A stretch of DNA of 42,349 nucleotides, taken from Actinomycetota bacterium (GTDB taxonomy: Bacteria > Actinomycetota > Actinomycetes > Streptosporangiales > Streptosporangiaceae). The position numbers were made by a program, and so were the translations under genes. Of the stretch, positions 27,871 to 36,359 are shown in pieces. The notes under the pieces are model-generated. The model did no database searches. It was not told the origin of the DNA and worked only from the letters and a program-made list of their open reading frames with translations. The stretch covers positions 1 to 42,349 of the forward strand of contig DAHWEX010000289.1 in NCBI GenBank assembly GCA_027326205.1, in the 5' to 3' direction. How positions within the stretch are numbered: position 1 is the stretch's first letter; the number at the start of each line of letters is the position of its first letter.

Positions 27871-30630
27871 ATGGGGACGCTTCACGTTGTCAGCGCGCCC
27901 CCGCCTGCGCTGTACGTCGTTGGCGACCGTCCCCCGGTCGCCAACGCTTACTTCGCCGTTTCGGTAGACGCGGCCGTCAACCTGCTCGAGGCCCGCGAGT
28001 ACCAGAACCTGCCGCGGGCGGAGCGACTCGCGAAGGCGCAGGCCGAACAGCAGGGTTTCCTGAACGGTCTCTTCGACCCGGCGCTCGGGATGGCGCTCGA
28101 CCTGCGTATCGCGGCCACTCCCGGTGCCGCCACCCCGGTATCGGTAGCGCTCCTCGGCCGGGTCTGGGGAGAGACCGCCGGCGCGGCGACGGCGCGCGCC
28201 GCGGATCTGCGCACGCAGGTGCAGGCCGCCATGCCGCGCCATCTCGCTGCCACCGCCGTCGAGGACAGCACCGCGGTCGCCCGGCTGCTCGCGCCGTTCG
28301 GCGGGGCCGCCGTGGACTCGGCCGTCATTACCAGGCACGAGCTGATCGGCCTGCCGTCCCGGCAAGACGCCGGGGTGAGCTACTACTTCTCCGCCGTGCC
28401 GTTCAACTGGTCGGACAACGACTGGTCAGCGGTCTACGCGGCGCTGGCGGCAAGCCCGGTGCCCGTGGTGCTCTCGGTCGCCGTCTTGCCGATGCTCGTC
28501 CCCGCGTCGTTCAGGCAGACGATGCTGACCCTCGCCACCTTCTACGGACGGCTGGCCAGGGAAGACGAAATGGACGCCGGGCTCTACTACGGCCGCAGGA
28601 AACTCGCGCCTGACGCGTTCGCCGTGGACGCGGAGAAGGTCTTCCAGGATTTCTCCCGTCGGCTCGCGCAGAAGGCGTTCGCGCTGCGGATCCAGGTATC
28701 CGCCGCGAAGCAGCTGCCGCCGGGCATCGTCGAGACCATCGCGGGAGCGATCTCACCCGCCGAACGCGGCGGCAGCTTCCTGGAGAACCAGCGCGCCGCC
28801 TCCAGCTACGAGGTACGCCGGCCCGCCAGCGTCGCCGAGCGGCGGCTGGCCGAGTACAACCTCGGCGTGGTCAACTTCGGGATGCTGGCCGGCCGACCGG
28901 AGATCTGGGGCCGCCAGGACCCGCCGGACCCGCAACTGGCGATGCTGAGCGTGCTCGGCGACGCGCGCGACGCCGCCTGCGCGTTCCGCTTCCCGATCGC
29001 GGTCGACGGCATCGTGCCCGGATTCCGGGTGCGGCGCGGCCAGTTCGGTCCCGCCGAGGCATACCAGGCGAAGGGCGAGTCGGTCATCCGGCTCGGGAAG
29101 GTCTCCGGCACCGACCGGGACATCACGCTCGCGCTCGGGGCCTTGACCAGGCACGCGCTGATCGCCGGCTCGACCGGCAGCGGCAAGACCACCACGGCGC
29201 TTGAGATCCTGCGCCAGCTCTGGGCGGTGCACAGGATCCCGTTCCTTGTCATCGAGCCGGTGAACTCCGACGCCGACGACTACCGCAAGCTCGCGGCGGA
29301 ACCCGGCTTCGAGCAGCTTGAGATCGTCACGGTCGGCGACGAGGGCGGCCGGCCGCTGCGGTTCAACCCGTTCGAGGTGCCGCCCGGGGTGCTGGTCGGC
29401 GAGCACATGGCGAACCTGCTCGCCTGTTTCAAGGCCGCCTTCGGCCTGTTCGAGCCGTTGCCGTCCATCTACCAGGACGCGCTCAACCTGACCTACCTGC
29501 GATCGGGCTTCCTGTCCGCGGAACGGCCGACCGGCTCCAAGCGCGCCTGGCCCACCGTCGCCGAGTTCCTCAAGGCGATGCACGAGGTGACCGACGGCCT
29601 CACCTACGCGGGCGAGGTCAGGGCCAACATCGACGCGGCCTCGATCCGCCGCGCCCAGCAGCTCGTGCGCGGGGTGACGGCGTCGGCGTTCATGACCGAC
29701 CGGCCCAACGACATCGAGCGGCTGCTCGACCACCCGGTGATCCTTGAGCTGAAGTCCCTCGGCACCGGCGACGAGCAGTCGCTGATGATGGCGCTGCTGC
29801 TCAACGCGATCACCGAGCACTACCAGTCGGCCCGGGGACCGTCACCCACGCTGGTGCACGTCACGCTGGTGGAGGAGGCACACCGGCTGCTCGCCCGGTC
29901 GTCCGGCGGCAAGTCGGCCGAGGACGCGCAGGCCAAGGAGAAGGCGGCCGAGGCGTTCGCGAACACGCTCGCGGAGAACCGCAAGTACGGCGAGGGCGTG
30001 ATCATCGCCGAGCAGATCCCGAGCAAGCTCGTGCAGGACGCGGTCAAGAACACCAACCTGAAGATCATGCACCGGCTCACCGCCGAGGACGACCGCCGCT
30101 ACCTCGGCGAGACCATGGGCATGGACGAGGCGCAGCAGGTGTTCGCCACCCGGCTGCAGGTCGGCGAGGCGCTGCTGTACAGCGACGAGTTCGCCGAGGC
30201 CGCGCACGTCAGCATCACCCCGACGCTGCGGACCGCCGCGCCGCGGCCCGGCGCGGTGCAGCCGTTCGCCGAGGCGCCCTTCGCCGCCTGCGACCTGTGC
30301 CGGGCGCGGTGTGCGTACCGGGGCGCCGCGCTGTCCATGGTGAACGACCCGAAGCTCGTCGAGCGGGTCAGGAAGGCCACGTCCGCCCTTGAGTCCGCGG
30401 CCAAGACGCGAGCCGAGGACGAGGCCCGGTGGTCCTGGCTGATCAACGGGCTGCATAAGGAGGTCAGCGCGTTCGCCGCGCTCCCGTCGGCCGCGGCGGA
30501 ACGCAGCGACGCCGCCTTCTGCGTGTTCCTGCACGTCCTCGCGAGCCGCACCATGCGCATCGCCCCCGCCTGGCCGGCCGCGGTCGCCGAGCGCCTTGGC
30601 CTCAGGTCACCGCGGGACGGACGCCCGTGA
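27871..30630 (+). CDS. HerA/FtsK-superfamily (DUF87-type) P-loop ATPase with large unknown N-terminal domain
   Basis: RHALIAGSTGSGKT (Walker A), FLVIEP, RFNPF, LVEEAHRLL (Walker B), ENRKYG...AEQ, KNTNLKIMHRL; C-terminal CxxCxxxC. Confidence 0.88.
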   Translation: MGTLHVVSAPPPALYVVGDRPPVANAYFAVSVDAAVNLLEAREYQNLPRAERLAKAQAEQQGFLNGLFDPALGMALDLRIAATPGAATPVSVALLGRVWGETAGAATARAADLRTQVQAAMPRHLAATAVEDSTAVARLLAPFGGAAVDSAVITRHELIGLPSRQDAGVSYYFSAVPFNWSDNDWSAVYAALAASPVPVVLSVAVLPMLVPASFRQTMLTLATFYGRLAREDEMDAGLYYGRRKLAPDAFAVDAEKVFQDFSRRLAQKAFALRIQVSAAKQLPPGIVETIAGAISPAERGGSFLENQRAASSYEVRRPASVAERRLAEYNLGVVNFGMLAGRPEIWGRQDPPDPQLAMLSVLGDARDAACAFRFPIAVDGIVPGFRVRRGQFGPAEAYQAKGESVIRLGKVSGTDRDITLALGALTRHALIAGSTGSGKTTTALEILRQLWAVHRIPFLVIEPVNSDADDYRKLAAEPGFEQLEIVTVGDEGGRPLRFNPFEVPPGVLVGEHMANLLACFKAAFGLFEPLPSIYQDALNLTYLRSGFLSAERPTGSKRAWPTVAEFLKAMHEVTDGLTYAGEVRANIDAASIRRAQQLVRGVTASAFMTDRPNDIERLLDHPVILELKSLGTGDEQSLMMALLLNAITEHYQSARGPSPTLVHVTLVEEAHRLLARSSGGKSAEDAQAKEKAAEAFANTLAENRKYGEGVIIAEQIPSKLVQDAVKNTNLKIMHRLTAEDDRRYLGETMGMDEAQQVFATRLQVGEALLYSDEFAEAAHVSITPTLRTAAPRPGAVQPFAEAPFAACDLCRARCAYRGAALSMVNDPKLVERVRKATSALESAAKTRAEDEARWSWLINGLHKEVSAFAALPSAAAERSDAAFCVFLHVLASRTMRIAPAWPAAVAERLGLRSPRDGRP

Positions 30631-30703
30631 GCGAGCCCGCGCGCGAATCGGTAACCACGGCGCGTCCGCGGCGGCGGACTCCGGGCGCCAGCGAGGTGGC
30701 CTC

Positions 30704-31675
30704 ATGAGCGAGTTCTACGAGTCCGCGTCGGCCGAGACGGCCGGGTCGGCCGGGGAATCCGGTTCCGGGCAGAGACCAGAGGTTGGCGAGAGCGGGCCGG
30801 CCGGCGTCGCGGAGTCGGCGCCAGGCGCCGACAAGGCGCTTCAGGAGGCCGGGGACCTCGCGCGCAAGACCGAGTCCGCTGGCGACGCAGGCCTGCAAGA
30901 CGCGGGAAGACTCGCCGGCGACGCCCAGGCGGCAGGCGGCGATGCGCTCCAGTGGGCAGGCGACGCTGGGGGCGCGGTTGAGGCCGACGCCGGCCATGTG
31001 CTCAGCGAGGCGGGAACCGTCGCCCGCACGGCCGAGGGGGACGGCGCCAAGGCCCTTGAAGACGCGGGCACCGCGACCGGAAAGCTCGAATCCAGTGCCG
31101 CGGGCGGCATGGAGCAGGCCATGGGACTGGTCGACGCGGCCAAGGAGAGCGGCCAGCTCAGCGGGCTCGATGCGATCGCGATAGCCGACGCCGGGGGCGG
31201 GGACAACCCGTGGTCCGGCGGCGGGTGGGGCGCCGAGCCTGCGGCCGAAACCGGGGAATCCGGCCCGGCCGGCCACCAGGAGACCGAGGGCGGCAACCTG
31301 GCGCAGGCCATGGGACTGGTCGACGCGGCCAAGGAAAGCGGCCAGCTCAGCGGGCTCGATGCGATCGCGATAGCCGACGCCGGAAACTGGAGCAACCCGT
31401 GGTCCGGCGGCGGCGATGGGGGCGCCCCGCCCGAAACCGGGGAATCCGGCCCTGCGGGGGTATCCGTCGACGTCACAACGGAGGTCCTGGAATCCGTTGA
31501 GGTCACCGAGGAAGCCGGGGAAACCGGGACGGACGGTGCCGCCGAGCCCGCCGGAGGCGGCGCCAGGCCCGCGAGTGACCGGTCCTGGATCCCCGGAGGG
31601 GAGGCATCCCCCGACCGGCTGGAGCGCGGCCTGCCTTCGGCTGACCTCGCCCAAAAGAAAGGGCGCGGCAGGTAA
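30704..31675 (+). CDS. Acidic Gly/Ala-rich repeat protein of unknown function
   Basis: GAGGTGG RBS before ATG 30704; 18-aa periodic helix repeats, 63-aa duplication, recurring GESGPAG motif. Confidence 0.75.
   Translation: MSEFYESASAETAGSAGESGSGQRPEVGESGPAGVAESAPGADKALQEAGDLARKTESAGDAGLQDAGRLAGDAQAAGGDALQWAGDAGGAVEADAGHVLSEAGTVARTAEGDGAKALEDAGTATGKLESSAAGGMEQAMGLVDAAKESGQLSGLDAIAIADAGGGDNPWSGGGWGAEPAAETGESGPAGHQETEGGNLAQAMGLVDAAKESGQLSGLDAIAIADAGNWSNPWSGGGDGGAPPETGESGPAGVSVDVTTEVLESVEVTEEAGETGTDGAAEPAGGGARPASDRSWIPGGEASPDRLERGLPSADLAQKKGRGR
31114..31383 (+). repeat. Intragenic direct repeat with 189-bp period
   Basis: 31114-31194 and 31303-31383 match at 80 of 81 nt; the one difference is synonymous (GAG/GAA). 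Confidence 0.9.
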
Positions 31676-31723
31676 AGTCGGGCCCAGGGTCGGGGTGCGC
31701 CTCACGGGACAGGACGGGCAGTC

Positions 31724-32788
31724 ATGAGTTTCTGCGCCAGTTGCGGGCGGCAGCGGAGCGGAACGGCGCGATTCTGCGGCGGCTGCGGCTCGGAGTTCAG
31801 CGATGGAGCCGCCGCATCCGGCGCACCGGAAGCACCGGAAGCACCGGAAGCACCGGAAGCACCGGGGGCGGTCGCGCACGACCCGACGCTCCTGGCCGTG
31901 GATCCGGCGGGTACCCGGATCGACCCGCCAGGCCAGCAGACCGATCTGTTCGCGTCCTGGTACCAGCAGGAGACGCCAGCGGCAGGCCAGGGACCGGAAA
32001 CGGACTGGCAGCCGGCCCAGACGGCGCAGTCCGGGTCGGCCATGACTGCCGGGTACCCGCCGCCGCCTTATCCCCCGTCTGCGCAGTTTCCTGCGCCGGC
32101 GCCCGCCGCACCCTTTCCCCCGGCCTCCCTTCCCCCCATGGCACCGCCCGCGCGGGGCGGCGGAGGCAGGGGGCTGTTCATCGCGGTGGCGGTCATCGCG
32201 GTCCTCGCCGCGGGCGGCGGCGCCTACGCGCTCACCACCTCGCTCGGCAAGCACTCCCAGTCGTCGGCTCAGCCCACGGTGGCCGCGTCCACGCCGCCCG
32301 CGGGCGGGTCAACGCCCGCGGCCCCGGCTTCGCCCGCCGCGTCGTCCAGCGGCAGCGCCAGCCCGACCCTGTCGCCGTCGCCGTCGCTGAGCCTGGTGGC
32401 CGTTTCCCCGGGCGCGGCCTCGAACACCGCCAAGTCCCAGGTCGAGACGCTGCTCAGCCATTACTTCCACGGGATCAACACCCACAGCTACGCCGAGTAC
32501 GCCAGCACGCTCAACGCGGCGCAGTTGGCGAAACAGTCGCAGTCGCAGTTCGAGTCGGGCTACTCCTCGACGACCGACTCGGGAATGACGCTGACCGCTC
32601 TCACCGCAGGCGGCGGCGGTGACCTGACCGCCACCGTCACGTTCACGAGCCACCAGTCGCCCGCGCAGAGCATCGACAACAGCGCCTGCAACGCCTGGAC
32701 GCTCAACCTGTCCCTGGTGCCGCAGGGCACCGGCTACCTGATAGGCCCGGCCCCGGCGGGCTACCAGCCAACCTATTCCGACTGCTAG
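31724..32788 (+). CDS. Single-pass membrane protein with N-terminal zinc ribbon and C-terminal extracytoplasmic domain
   Basis: CASC-x10-CGGC, Pro-rich region, TM LFIAVAVIAVLAAGGGAYAL, Ser/Pro linker, domain with two Cys. Confidence 0.8.
   Translation: MSFCASCGRQRSGTARFCGGCGSEFSDGAAASGAPEAPEAPEAPEAPGAVAHDPTLLAVDPAGTRIDPPGQQTDLFASWYQQETPAAGQGPETDWQPAQTAQSGSAMTAGYPPPPYPPSAQFPAPAPAAPFPPASLPPMAPPARGGGGRGLFIAVAVIAVLAAGGGAYALTTSLGKHSQSSAQPTVAASTPPAGGSTPAAPASPAASSSGSASPTLSPSPSLSLVAVSPGAASNTAKSQVETLLSHYFHGINTHSYAEYASTLNAAQLAKQSQSQFESGYSSTTDSGMTLTALTAGGGGDLTATVTFTSHQSPAQSIDNSACNAWTLNLSLVPQGTGYLIGPAPAGYQPTYSDC
31823..31865 (+). repeat. 9-bp tandem repeat (GCACCGGAA), four full copies plus a partial, encoding APE
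   Basis: Directly visible; in frame. Confidence 0.9.
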
Positions 32789-32857
32789 CGCGGCCGCCCG
32801 GCCCGCCCGGCCCCGAACTATATGATCTGTCATTAATCACCGCGCTATGCTGACGAG

Positions 32858-33319
32858 ATGACAGGGGCGTGGCTCAGCGAGGACGAGCAGCGGACGTGGC
32901 GGACCTACCTGCGGATGAGCTCGCTCCTGACCGCCGCGCTCAACCGGCAGCTACAGCAGGACTGCGGGCTCACGCTGCCGGAGTACGAAGTGCTCGTGCA
33001 GCTCAGCGAGACGCCGGAGCACCGGCTGCGACCGTTTCAGATCTGCGAGGTGCTGAACTGGGAGCAGAGCCGGCTGTCCCACCAGCTCACCCGGATGGAG
33101 CGCCGCGGTCTCATCGCGCGGCAGGGGTGCGCGGCCGACGGGCGCGGTGCCTTCATCGCGCTCACCCCGGCGGGCGCCGACGTTATCGGCACGGCGGCGC
33201 CCAGGCACGTCGCGACGGTCCGCGGGCTGATCTTCGACCGGCTGAGCGGCGCGCAGCGCGCGGCCTTCGAGGAAGCGTGCACGGCCATCGCCGGCGCGCT
33301 GTCCGAACAAGGGCCCTGA
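32858..33319 (+). CDS. MarR family transcriptional regulator
   Basis: WLSEDEQRTWR, GLTLPEYEVLVQLSE, SRLSHQLTRMERRGL, DGRG...LT..G, APRHV; TATGCT 6 nt before the ATG. Confidence 0.92.
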   Translation: MTGAWLSEDEQRTWRTYLRMSSLLTAALNRQLQQDCGLTLPEYEVLVQLSETPEHRLRPFQICEVLNWEQSRLSHQLTRMERRGLIARQGCAADGRGAFIALTPAGADVIGTAAPRHVATVRGLIFDRLSGAQRAAFEEACTAIAGALSEQGP

Positions 33320-33330
33320 CCGGCGAGCGG

Positions 33331-34323
33331 TTACGGCTGCCCCTGGTTACCGGGGAATCCGGGGCCGTTCCTGCCCTGGCCGTTCCCGTTCGCGCCGTTC
33401 CCGTTTGGGTTTTTCCTGGGGAACCCGGCCGTGACCGGGGATCCTTGTGACCCTTGCTGACCCGGCCCCCCGTTGGAGAGCGGGTCGGGGAGGGCACCGG
33501 ATCGCTGCGGCATTTCCCACGGCTCAAGCTGGCGCATGCAGTAGTAGTTCACGCCGCCCCGTCCCTTGGCCAGCGGGCGCAGCTCCTGGTAGAGCTTGCT
33601 CTCCCCCGCCGACCTCACATGCCACCCGGTGGCGGCGAGCTTATCGAAGTACTGACGGCACAGCTGAGCCGGCGAAGGGGTGTTCGCGGGGGACCGCCGC
33701 GGGGTGGCGCGCGCCGGCTTGGCGCTCGGCACGGGCGACCCGCCTCCGTCGACTCCGCGCGAGCCCGGGGCGGCCGAGGCGGTCGCCGTGCTCGCCGCGC
33801 TCGTGCGCGGCGCACTGGCGGCCGGGCGGCCGCCCGGGCTGGAGAGCGTGCTCGCGAGCGCGGTCACGCCGCCGGCCGCGACCGCGACCGCGACAACGCC
33901 GACGAGCGCCTTAGCCCGCCACCGGCCGCGCTTCGGCGGCCGCCGGTGGCTGGACGGGCGGCGCCGCACCACGTGCGGCTCGGCACCGGCAGCGGTCACC
34001 GGCGGCAGGATCAGGGTGCGCGCGTCGCCGCCCGCCGCCGCGGTGAAGGCGGGCTCGCTGGCGAAGGCTGGCTCGCTGCGGCCGGCCGACCGCAGCCGCC
34101 GGAACGCCGCCCTTGCCTCCAGTTCGCCGAAAAGCTCGGCTCCCCTGGGCGCGGCGCGCAGCGCGTCCAGGGCGGGGATTACCTTCAGCAGTTCTTCCGG
34201 GACGTAGCAGCTCGCGCCGGACAGCAGGCCGTCGAGATCCTGCCCTTCGTAAGGGTCGGGACCATTGTCGTCTGACGGCGGGCTCTCTGGCATTTCATCG
34301 TCCAGAACGCCATGATCGCTCAA
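33331..34323 (-). CDS. Putative membrane anti-sigma factor
   Basis: TTGA overlap with the sigma gene stop; acidic N-terminus, one TM helix, extracytoplasmic LC...YC pair, Gly/Asn-rich tail. Confidence 0.6.
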   Translation of the reverse strand: MSDHGVLDDEMPESPPSDDNGPDPYEGQDLDGLLSGASCYVPEELLKVIPALDALRAAPRGAELFGELEARAAFRRLRSAGRSEPAFASEPAFTAAAGGDARTLILPPVTAAGAEPHVVRRRPSSHRRPPKRGRWRAKALVGVVAVAVAAGGVTALASTLSSPGGRPAASAPRTSAASTATASAAPGSRGVDGGGSPVPSAKPARATPRRSPANTPSPAQLCRQYFDKLAATGWHVRSAGESKLYQELRPLAKGRGGVNYYCMRQLEPWEMPQRSGALPDPLSNGGPGQQGSQGSPVTAGFPRKNPNGNGANGNGQGRNGPGFPGNQGQP

Positions 34324-34943
34324 GTCGTTACACCCGCCCGTGATGCCACTCCGGCCGCCCCGAGCAGTGACTCCAGCTTCTTCAGGCCGCGGTGAGCCAG
34401 GACCCGCACGTTGCCCGGGCTCTTGCCGAGCATGTCCGCCACCGTGTCGGTGTCAAGTCCCGCCACGACGCGCAGCATGATCACCTCGGCCTGGTGGGCC
34501 GGAAGCCGGGTGAGCAGCGCCATCGCGGACTCCGTGGCGAGATTGTCCAGCGCGAGCTGGGCCGCGTCCGGGCTGCGCGGCACGTCCGCGGCGCTGATCT
34601 CGTCCAGCGGTTCCGCCGGATGCCGCTTATGGAGCCTCGCCTGGTCGATCAGGCGCCGCCGCGCGGTGGTGAACAGCCACGCCCGCCAGGACGCCTCGTC
34701 GCCGACGAACCTCGGCAGGCCCCGGATCACGTGCATCCAGGTCTCCGCGGCGATGTCCTCGGCGTTCTCCGGCGCGAGAACGCGCAGGTAGCGGAGGAGG
34801 GCGGGGTTCACATCCCGCCACAGGACCGCGAAATGGTCTTCGCTGCCACCCTGGGCCTCCGCAAGCACCAGCCCGAAGTCATCGCCCACCACATGCTGAG
34901 TATCGACACACAAACCGCTACCGCGCAGCCAAATCCCCATCAT
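34320..34943 (-). CDS. ECF RNA polymerase sigma factor
   Basis: AEDIAAETW, AWLFTTARRRLID, LPAHQAEVIMLR, GKSPGNVRVLAHRGL; true start may be GTG 34892 or 34889. Confidence 0.92.
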   Translation of the reverse strand: MMGIWLRGSGLCVDTQHVVGDDFGLVLAEAQGGSEDHFAVLWRDVNPALLRYLRVLAPENAEDIAAETWMHVIRGLPRFVGDEASWRAWLFTTARRRLIDQARLHKRHPAEPLDEISAADVPRSPDAAQLALDNLATESAMALLTRLPAHQAEVIMLRVVAGLDTDTVADMLGKSPGNVRVLAHRGLKKLESLLGAAGVASRAGVTT

Positions 34944-35031
34944 GCTTCAAATCGGTCACATCAGGCGCTGGGGCACCGCCCCTCGCGGATGAAACCGGCT
35001 CGGACACGTCTCCGGGGGATCCCCCAGGGGG

Positions 35032-36288
35032 CTAACACGGCATCACCACGAACTGGCGCAGCGACAGGTCGCGGAAGGTGACCGGACCGCGCGGGCCCGG
35101 CACCGCGTCTAGGTTGATGCCCGTCTCGGGCACCCCGAGCAGCTTGAACCCGTCCAGCAGCCTGGTCGTCGCGTTCCAGAACGCGCCGGTGCCCGCGTAG
35201 GCCGCGAGGAACTCCTCCGCCGCGCCGGTGTCGGCCGCCGCGATGCCGGCCGCCAGGCCGGAGGTCTGTTCGTTGGCGATCACCGCGGCCGCCGCGGGTC
35301 CCGGGGCCGGGGCGATGGTGACCGTGGCCTCACGCTCGGGGTCGAGCGCCCACTCGTAGCCGAGCGGGTGAGCGTGCGGCGGTAGCGATGCCCTGATGCC
35401 GAGGTCCGCGAGCTGGGCGGTGATCTCCGGCAGCCAGGACTCCCAGAGTCGCTCGTCGAGCAGCAGCAGGTTGAGCCGGTTGCACACCCCGAGCCGGTCG
35501 AGGCTGCTGGCGATGAGACGCGAAGCAACGGCCCGTTCGGCAGATGAATGCAGGTAGAGGACGCCGCCGCCGTCGGCGTGCGCGAGCGTGCGCACGCCGT
35601 GCGTCGCGGCCTCGGCCGCCAGCGCGCGGGTAGAGTCGCCGCTGCCGCGCAGGATCACCAGCGGAATCAGCTTCGGCTCGCGGACCAGCGCGTACGCGGC
35701 GGCCTGTCCCGGGACGCGGATCAACTGGACGGCCGCGGGGTCGAGGCCCGCCCCGGCCAGGGCCGGCGCGATCACCGCGTCGGCCAGCGCCACGGCCGAG
35801 CGCAGCGCGGCGCTTCCGGTGCGCAGCACGCCGGCGTTGCGCGACTTGACGAGCTGCGAGGCGATGTCCACGACGACGTTCGGCCTGGCCTCGAAGTTCG
35901 CGCCGATCACCCCGACCGGGCGGCGGCGCTCGGAAAGCACCAGGCCGTCAGGTAGGTCGCGGACCTTGCGGGAGACGGGTTCCTGCGCCACCCCGGCCAG
36001 GATCTCCAGCTGCGCGGCCATCGCCTTCAGCCGCGCCTCGTCCAGCCGGAGCCGGTCGCGGACCCCGGCGGGCAGCCCGCTGTCCTCCGCCGCCCGCATG
36101 TCCTGCTCGTTGGCGGCGAGGACGGCGGGGGCCGCGTCCTGCAGCGCCGCGGCCATGGCGCCGAGCGCGGCATCGATCGCGCTGTCGGAAGCGGCGGCGA
36201 GGCTGGGTGCCGCCGCACGCGCGGACCGCGCCGCCGCGCTGACTGCCACCCGGGCCTGCTCGGTCGCCTGCGTCTCTTCCGCCATCAT
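35032..36288 (-). CDS. proA: Divergent gamma-glutamyl phosphate reductase (ProA)-like ALDH-family enzyme
   Basis: LAANEQD, DRLRLD, PVGVIGANFEARPNV, LRGS, catalytic GVCN, NATTRLLDG, GPRGP; GGAGGG RBS before ATG 36288. Confidence 0.65.
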   Translation of the reverse strand: MMAEETQATEQARVAVSAAARSARAAAPSLAAASDSAIDAALGAMAAALQDAAPAVLAANEQDMRAAEDSGLPAGVRDRLRLDEARLKAMAAQLEILAGVAQEPVSRKVRDLPDGLVLSERRRPVGVIGANFEARPNVVVDIASQLVKSRNAGVLRTGSAALRSAVALADAVIAPALAGAGLDPAAVQLIRVPGQAAAYALVREPKLIPLVILRGSGDSTRALAAEAATHGVRTLAHADGGGVLYLHSSAERAVASRLIASSLDRLGVCNRLNLLLLDERLWESWLPEITAQLADLGIRASLPPHAHPLGYEWALDPEREATVTIAPAPGPAAAAVIANEQTSGLAAGIAAADTGAAEEFLAAYAGTGAFWNATTRLLDGFKLLGVPETGINLDAVPGPRGPVTFRDLSLRQFVVMPC

Positions 36289-36359
36289 GACCTTCCCTCC
36301 GCCGTTCGCTCCAGTCGAGCCTATCCGCCCGCGGCGGTTGGTCCCCGGCGACGGCCGGG

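Noticed and set aside
27871-30630. ATPase as the TraB or VirB4 of an integrative conjugative element
   Set aside because: No integrase, relaxase, replication gene or att repeats nearby; motifs fit the DUF87/HerA type better
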